64,000 bases of DNA from a virus: the IMG/VR virus record IMGVR_UViG_3300032217_000845, positions 61,777 to 125,776 of that record. One strand, given 5' to 3'. The position numbers and the translations under genes are program-made. The notes beneath the pieces were generated by a model that had not been told where the DNA came from, ran no database searches, and saw nothing but the letters and a program-made list of their open reading frames with translations. Positions within the stretch are counted from its first letter, which is position 1, and each line of letters starts with the position of its first letter. Below, piece after piece: positions 58,601 to 64,000 of the stretch.

Positions 58601-60674
58601 TACCAGCATTCCTAATAAAAAAACTATAACTTTTCAGTACTTTGGTGCTAAATATAATTTTAATGTGTATGCAAACTCAAACGGTATTGGGTCTCCAACT
58701 ATTGTGCGAACTATTACTAATACACAAGTTACGTTTGACCCTCAGGATTTAACTGCGTTTAACTTTACTGCTGAAATTGCTGATGTCCCTAGTGCAACTA
58801 AGGTTATGTTCAAGTATCCAAGTTCAGCGGATAGTGCTCTTAGCTCGTCTATAAACTTGACCGGCTTAGGTATTTCAATTGTTGCGGCTGCGCGTAAAGC
58901 TACTGGTGCTGAGCAGCTAGAGGCTGGTGACTATGTATTCATCGACGGGTTTACCGATAGCGGTGAGAATAAGTATTCCAAACTAAACCGTGATGGCTAT
59001 AAAGTTAAGTCCATAGCAGCTATCTCTGGAGACGCCAACAACGTTTATGTAACTGTCGCCAACCCTGTAAGAGACGACTCTAAGTATGTTGGCTATGCCG
59101 ATAAGAGTTCAATTACTGGTGTAAAGATGTATCGCGGCTATGAGGTTGGCGGTAGTGCTTATGTGAGCATGACATCTCTTGACTCAGCGGACACCAAAAA
59201 TAGTTATGTTCTCAAGAACGTAGCTAGAGCATCTGGCTCTAATACTGCAACAGTTACCGTTGGAACGCATGACTTCTCTATTGGCGATTATGTAAATGTT
59301 GAAGTATACGCAGATAATCAAGATGCTTTTTCTCAAAATAATAGAGACTGCAAAATAACTGCCACCTCAAATACCACTATTTCTTACACTATGAAAGCTA
59401 ACAACAGTATTGAGCATATTTCTTACAGAGCTGGTAGAGCCACTCTTTACTTTAAAAATAGCGAGGCTGGTGCCCACAATTACACTGTAGGAGACGTAAT
59501 CACAATTGCTAGCATTCCTACATATACAGGATTTAATCGAACTGGTAGAACCGTAACTTCAACTGGTCCATTTAGCATTACTTATGCTTTGACAACCGCT
59601 GAGGCTGGTCGTACAAGCAAACTAGCTAAAACTGCAGTTACTGCTGGAACAGTTAGCAGAACATCTACTGCTGTGGTTGATAAGCAGGTGTATGGTGTTG
59701 TTACTCGAATTCCGGCTATCTATCGTAAACCTATTGCCTATGCCAGAACTTATGGAGAGTTCCCAACAAACGCTAGTATTGGTGGAATAACGTTTTCTAA
59801 TAATAACTACAGCACCAAGAATCAAGCTACTAGTCCTATTTATGGTAGTGACTTAAAAACAGTAGCCGAAATTCTTGACCAGTACTCAAACAGTATTACT
59901 GGTTTTGACTATAGAATTGATGTCTCTTTATCTACTGATGCTAGCGGAAATAAGTCATTTGGTAGAAGCTTTGTACTTATCCCTAACTACCCTCAGAGTT
60001 TGACTGACTATCTAAACACTCTTCCTGGAAATAAATTAGCTAAGGGTCAAGTTGCAAGACCTAGCGCGTTTGGGGCAGACAGGCTTGTCTTTGAATACCC
60101 TGGAAACATCTCCAATGTGAGCATGGCTGAAAAAGCTGAAAGCTCAGCTACGCGTATCTTTGTAAGCGGTAGCAATAGCAATGCAGGTTCTGGAACAGAG
60201 TCAGCCTATGCTGCAGCAGCCGATAAGGACTTGCTTGCTGATAACTGGCCACTGCTTGATAGAAAAGAAGCCGTTACTTGGCCTGCTCAAACAGCCAATA
60301 CCGCTACTGACACTACAAAGAGCAATAGTAGTTACACTGACGAGTGGGGAAACCATGACGATGAGACCGACTATCACGCCAGTGCCCTGAGATACCTAAA
60401 TGAGAGTAAGCCACCTGCTGGTGATTTTGTGATTAGCGTAAATGGTTCGCTAACTCCTGTTGTTGGCTCATATAACCCTGGTGAATGGTGCAGTATTATT
60501 ATTAATGATGACTTTGTAAAGACTCGTTTAAATAGCGTTCTTGAACCCCGAAAAGATGTAATTGTGCGAAAGATTGATGCTGTTAAGGTTGATGTACCTA
60601 ACAACCCTGCTTTCCCTGAGAACATCAGCCTCACCCTAGTTGCTGATTGGCAGGTGGACTCCGTTGGCAAGTAG
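55677..60674 (+). CDS. Large minor tail protein with repeated beta modules (H.L..GD.V.I)
   Basis: N-terminal RDG..VWGGIIW pattern; 1665 aa. Confidence 0.8.
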   Translation: MPDYLAPVDSALGARYRYYTVNIVTNTVIGEIPFEDVSYERSVKSPGAFDGKITISDQTKNLDLYNSTLPGKTALYVVRDGTAVWGGIIWGRTYDLKGRSLAVSASEFTSYLSHRIVWKTYSHNCTAQLIKKTTDGYVQVVIQNKVLKSALTLADAKGNPTYVSVNFSENVYRKYSGNYKVVGKSSSPAASADPGRVSFYIDIPALPKKSVGLYDGVGITLKADTYEFLRDIITSTLSDFTDIEFPNELIEPGIKVPYELASKELTITNSSNGVATIETTAEHDLAPGQRIELVNVDPMLDGFQTISSVPNKFSFQFVLTNPVSKYDKMSRVYLSAISPAVALTSSVDMVKYRRVIQYLSQYVRYVSRSNGVITATFNSIHNFKRGDKVVVNFEKNSVTQKTEEVKTKNTDGTTTTKKEVVNTFDFDKYNNTVTVTAATPTTIEFLDPDPDHVSPAYNTKGNVTASKNSVKNAAPLPLLQLFPQNSSGYNIGDDIRVDGVDEPSWQYPIYDGYYSVYDVNPGTTYAVTKYKAVSEFITDDEDDDDSKRTVAYIYCSTDPNVEAGDMFVVAGITGTPSMNGEYEALYDSVYDSATSLYIVKYVKQIAAFSIVAQASGATMVKNGNQWITYQPNTSELRFSLKNEPDADSAISQFTYNAAEGTKKNSVGLKLKSRHGLKVGDTVKITYGKSEKDVDQKTYGGTVMVTAVTDYDEFYYTLIAGKHTNKAPKKDVDWTDKSGTVTRDKHGILTPASIEVEIDAIRTDITAAGATQVTVYAPDHNLKKGDYIAVNINAADYKGVNTVAKPVKVASVGANYFRYTTGTAVIQGDTSTISQVVYASNNKTLKFKASKYGALTASTKTATLLEPKPATGYVIFTTSANHNMVVGQKATVSGFVDPTSSTTTSVTRNHTISSLNFNAAKKIVTIVFTSNHNLSLLNDQGASFTVSGANSVAYKFTGTDRNIDTPINWLNDTHTITSIPNKKTITFQYFGAKYNFNVYANSNGIGSPTIVRTITNTQVTFDPQDLTAFNFTAEIADVPSATKVMFKYPSSADSALSSSINLTGLGISIVAAARKATGAEQLEAGDYVFIDGFTDSGENKYSKLNRDGYKVKSIAAISGDANNVYVTVANPVRDDSKYVGYADKSSITGVKMYRGYEVGGSAYVSMTSLDSADTKNSYVLKNVARASGSNTATVTVGTHDFSIGDYVNVEVYADNQDAFSQNNRDCKITATSNTTISYTMKANNSIEHISYRAGRATLYFKNSEAGAHNYTVGDVITIASIPTYTGFNRTGRTVTSTGPFSITYALTTAEAGRTSKLAKTAVTAGTVSRTSTAVVDKQVYGVVTRIPAIYRKPIAYARTYGEFPTNASIGGITFSNNNYSTKNQATSPIYGSDLKTVAEILDQYSNSITGFDYRIDVSLSTDASGNKSFGRSFVLIPNYPQSLTDYLNTLPGNKLAKGQVARPSAFGADRLVFEYPGNISNVSMAEKAESSATRIFVSGSNSNAGSGTESAYAAAADKDLLADNWPLLDRKEAVTWPAQTANTATDTTKSNSSYTDEWGNHDDETDYHASALRYLNESKPPAGDFVISVNGSLTPVVGSYNPGEWCSIIINDDFVKTRLNSVLEPRKDVIVRKIDAVKVDVPNNPAFPENISLTLVADWQVDSVGK

Positions 60675-63600
60675 AAGAATGCAAAGAACTAAAAGCTTTA
60701 GTTCTTATGTAAATTCCTTAAATAGTGATGTTAACAATCTAAAATCTATAAATGATGTTACTAGTCTTAGTGCTGGAGCTATTAGTGGTAACAGTTTTTC
60801 TGAAGATATAACACTATTTGGAAGTTCCATAAAAAGCAGTGACTATGTTGGTGGCGAAGCTGGTTGGAAGATTGATAGCAGTGGTGTAGCTGAGTTTGCA
60901 GATGTCTATGTTCGTGGAGATATCAACGCTCAGACTGGAACTATTGGATACTGGAACATTAGCTCTCCTGGAGTTATTAGACGAATTGGTTCTGGTACTC
61001 AGTTTGGTACTTTCCTAGAGAGCGAAAACGTAGGCCCTACTGACGACTCTAAGACTTCTGGCGTCTATGTTGGTCTATTTAAGTCTTACTTTGAAAATCC
61101 TCTTCCTGTAACTAACATAAGACGCGTATCTAACGTAGCAACTATTACTGTTATTGATAGCGGTTTCCAGCCCGGTGATAGGGCAACTATTGCTGTGGTA
61201 GAGGACGCTACGTACAATAATGGCGGACTTCCGGTTACTATTATTTCAGTAACTGGTGACACAATTAGCTACATAAATACTGGTTCTGATTTTCCAGCTG
61301 CTGGTACTTTAGATACGGCTGACACTAGTGCTACGGGAACTGTAACATTCTACAACCCAGACATCGCTGGTCTGTACATCAAAGACTATGGTAAAGCTGA
61401 TATTGACTACGGGTACTTCTCTAGTGCTGGTCTAGCATTTGTTAGCGGTAGCCGAGTAAACCTGGTTTACAATCCTAGCTTTGAGTTCGTAAAGTCAGTT
61501 GATGTTACTGCCATAACTGGTAATGGCACTAATGTTACATACTCTACATCAGGAAGTAGCGGATTTGTTGGTGGTAAAAAGGTAACTGTTATTGGAGCAG
61601 ATAATACAACTTATAACGTAACTAATGCTACTATACAGTTTTCTAATACGGCTTCTTCTTTTTATATTGTTAGCTCTGCAACTGGTGCAACATCCACTGC
61701 TACGGCTTACTCAAAAGTTTCTACTGCATCTAGTTGGAACTATGCAGCTGCAACTACCGCGGCTATTGACCTAGTTGAGTTTAGTGCTCTTACAAATAAC
61801 TACTTAACTGCTAGTCAATATGGTGGAGCAGTTTCCTGGTCCAATACCATGTCATCTGCCTACAGAATAGAAGGAGTAGTTGCTTACGGTAAGGGATTAA
61901 CTTACAACTTATTCTCGAATGAACGTGTGCTAGCACTGTCTTATGACTCGTTTGTTGACTATAAGCCGTTTACTGCTGTAGCTACTGCAATGTATAAAAT
62001 CAATGGAACTCTTTCTCAGATGGGAATTACCACTTCGGGAGCTCACGGGCTTTCTGTTGGTGACCTAGTATATTGCGACTTTATTGCTTCGCTTCCTGAA
62101 GAAGACTGGGAATTTGGTTCTGGAATAGTTACAGTTGCTGCAGTGACGTCTGATACAACAATTAGAGTAAATAATCCTAATGGTAATGTACAGCCAACTT
62201 ATACCATTACTCCCGCAGCAATAAATGGCAGAAGTACCAGCATCTACAAAGCTATCAGTCCGGCTATCCCTCTTGACCAAATTTCTTTCAAGTTTCCTGG
62301 TGGGGCTTCTACATCTATTTCTAACGTTGCTAGTGCGGTAACTACAGCCAGCTGGAGCACAGTAAATAATAAGTATCTTGCTCAGGATGCAGAAGTTTGG
62401 ATGGCTGAGTATGTTAGACCTACAAATGGCATTCAACCACTAAAACCAGTATCCAAAGTTCCTATTTATGTAGATGCAGAAAAACTTAGATTAGAGTATG
62501 CAACTCTTGACTCTGCTAACTTTGCAAATGCTGTAAATATAACTTTGTCCATTCCGGCTCCTGTCTATCAACAAGTTAGAAACGTAAGCACTTACACTAC
62601 ATCTAACATTGCCTATATGAATTCGGTTGCTACCGCAACAGCCATCTCGGGTAACGGAACAACTGTAACCGTAACTGCGCCTAACAATTTTGCAGTTGGC
62701 GATAAAGTAACAATTACTGGAGCATCTACAGCTGCCTATAATACTATTATTAACTTACCAGTAGCTAGCGTCTCTTCGTCTTCTTTTACTGTTCTTAGCT
62801 CTGCAACTGGTGCAACATCTACTTGTACTGCCACTGCTTATAGACCAGTTCGTCAAATTATTGACTCGGTATCTTTATCTACCGAGCCTGTTGCATTCTA
62901 TGGTGACTCTTCGTCTGACTACGCGTGGGAAGACCCGACGCTGAATACGGCATCTCAAATCTCGATTCAAGACCCTAAGAAGTGGGTAGATATTGACCTA
63001 TCTACGCAAGCTGGGTACCTATCAAATCTTGACTACATAAGTCTTAAGCAATCTCGTTTAAATGAGCCTATGCTTGTTCAGCCTAGCATTGAAGCAGATG
63101 GGGACTATAGCTCTGACATTGGTAGCATATTCTCTCCAGACTATAACTATGAAAACTTAAAGCTTAGTAGCGGTATTATTTCTGTCTTTGACGGTGCTAA
63201 CTACAATAACTACGAGTCTCGTCACAACTTGGCTGCTTCAAAAACTAAAGCAGTAAATCAGTTGGTTGCATCTACATCTACTGACTCTTCGTCTATTACT
63301 CTACAAACTGATAGCCTTGGTGCTACTTCTATCCTTTTAGCTGCAAACTCTATTTCTGCAATTTCTGGGTCTACTCTTTACGTAAATACAATTAAAACAT
63401 TACCTACAATCCCTACTACTCCAGTAAGTTTCCCGACCGGTATAACTACGGCTGGCAACCTTACAGTGACTGGTGCTCTTACAGTCTCTGGCGGAACTAC
63501 TTACTCTGGTGCAACAACATATGAATTTCTAAGAATCACTGGTGCTGGTGGTACTGGTAGTGGTACGCATGGGTTCCAGCTAGGAGCGACCGCGGGTCTA

Positions 63601-64000
63601 AACATTCAGATGGACCGTAATAGTATTCAAGTCTATAGTAATGGTGTTGCAGCAGATATAGATATAAACGGTTCGGGAGGGGCCGTCAAAATTGGAGATT
63701 CTGCATCCGCTGTAGTTATTGAAAATGGTAATTTACTTATTGAAAACTCCGGGGCAGTTCCTAGTGCAGCAACAGTTAATGGAGGTACCCTATTTGTTGA
63801 TGCAGGTGCTCTAAAGTATCGCGGAACATCTGGTTCTAATGCGACAATCGTAAATGCTAATGGAACTATATCTGTATCAGTTGCAACATCCACAGTTGTT
63901 GGTGGTATCGAGCTATTCTCTAGTACAGTTCAAACGGTTGCAGCTGCATCTGTATCAGCTACTGCATCAAGAACTTATGGAATACAGTTAAACTCAAGCG
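60664..64000 (+). CDS. Minor tail/tail fibre-like protein (3' truncated by the window)
   Basis: The frame from TTG 60664 or ATG 60679 appears open to the window end; GWKIDSSGVAEF.DV.VRG.I.A..G.IG.W motif; Ser/Thr/Gly-rich. Confidence 0.8.
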   Translation, partial: MASRRMQRTKSFSSYVNSLNSDVNNLKSINDVTSLSAGAISGNSFSEDITLFGSSIKSSDYVGGEAGWKIDSSGVAEFADVYVRGDINAQTGTIGYWNISSPGVIRRIGSGTQFGTFLESENVGPTDDSKTSGVYVGLFKSYFENPLPVTNIRRVSNVATITVIDSGFQPGDRATIAVVEDATYNNGGLPVTIISVTGDTISYINTGSDFPAAGTLDTADTSATGTVTFYNPDIAGLYIKDYGKADIDYGYFSSAGLAFVSGSRVNLVYNPSFEFVKSVDVTAITGNGTNVTYSTSGSSGFVGGKKVTVIGADNTTYNVTNATIQFSNTASSFYIVSSATGATSTATAYSKVSTASSWNYAAATTAAIDLVEFSALTNNYLTASQYGGAVSWSNTMSSAYRIEGVVAYGKGLTYNLFSNERVLALSYDSFVDYKPFTAVATAMYKINGTLSQMGITTSGAHGLSVGDLVYCDFIASLPEEDWEFGSGIVTVAAVTSDTTIRVNNPNGNVQPTYTITPAAINGRSTSIYKAISPAIPLDQISFKFPGGASTSISNVASAVTTASWSTVNNKYLAQDAEVWMAEYVRPTNGIQPLKPVSKVPIYVDAEKLRLEYATLDSANFANAVNITLSIPAPVYQQVRNVSTYTTSNIAYMNSVATATAISGNGTTVTVTAPNNFAVGDKVTITGASTAAYNTIINLPVASVSSSSFTVLSSATGATSTCTATAYRPVRQIIDSVSLSTEPVAFYGDSSSDYAWEDPTLNTASQISIQDPKKWVDIDLSTQAGYLSNLDYISLKQSRLNEPMLVQPSIEADGDYSSDIGSIFSPDYNYENLKLSSGIISVFDGANYNNYESRHNLAASKTKAVNQLVASTSTDSSSITLQTDSLGATSILLAANSISAISGSTLYVNTIKTLPTIPTTPVSFPTGITTAGNLTVTGALTVSGGTTYSGATTYEFLRITGAGGTGSGTHGFQLGATAGLNIQMDRNSIQVYSNGVAADIDINGSGGAVKIGDSASAVVIENGNLLIENSGAVPSAATVNGGTLFVDAGALKYRGTSGSNATIVNANGTISVSVATSTVVGGIELFSSTVQTVAAASVSATASRTYGIQLNSS

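Larger units (their letters stand above)
1..64000 (+). mobile_element. Tailed dsDNA bacteriophage genome segment (siphovirus-type, probable actinobacterial host)
   Basis: Terminase-portal-protease-capsid-tail-tape measure gene order; no host housekeeping genes and no integrase in the window. Confidence 0.97.

Noticed and set aside
21630-63893. Minus-strand and nested short ORFs in the virion module
   Set aside because: Shadow ORFs fully overlapping long, well-supported + strand genes.
1-64000. tRNA or rRNA genes
   Set aside because: No cloverleaf with a T-loop GTTCRA in proper context, and no rRNA signature seen by eye; tRNAscan-SE would confirm.

Overview
This window is part of a tailed dsDNA (siphovirus-type) phage genome, all genes on the + strand. 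The host is most likely an actinobacterium, inferred from GAAAGG-type RBSs, leaderless genes, IdeR/DtxR boxes and a virion module laid out like cluster-B mycobacteriophages. It has three zones. (1) 1-16.8 kb is an early/host-takeover-like array of about 30 small, independently transcribed cassettes (strong TTGACT/TTGCTT-17bp-TAnnnT promoter, RBS, 1-3 short ORFs, intrinsic terminator). The cassettes are punctuated by 31 copies of an invariant GTATTCGTTTTTTC element in either orientation, and the zone is almost free of palindromic 4-mers. It includes a probable non-coding RNA cassette and hairpins whose loops are complementary to the shared RBS. (2) 16.8-18.45 kb is ORF-free, repeat-rich DNA with seven 'empty' consensus promoters, three IdeR/DtxR iron boxes and 11-bp-period GTTAT repeats. 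(3) 18.5-64 kb holds HTH proteins, an NlpC/P60 lipoprotein, terminase, portal, a Dps ferritin, several large head-associated proteins (one apparently fused to an HExxH metallopeptidase by a -1 frameshift), maturation protease, two capsid proteins, the tail module with its chaperone frameshift, tape measure and minor tail proteins. All calls and counts were made by eye; no database searches were run.
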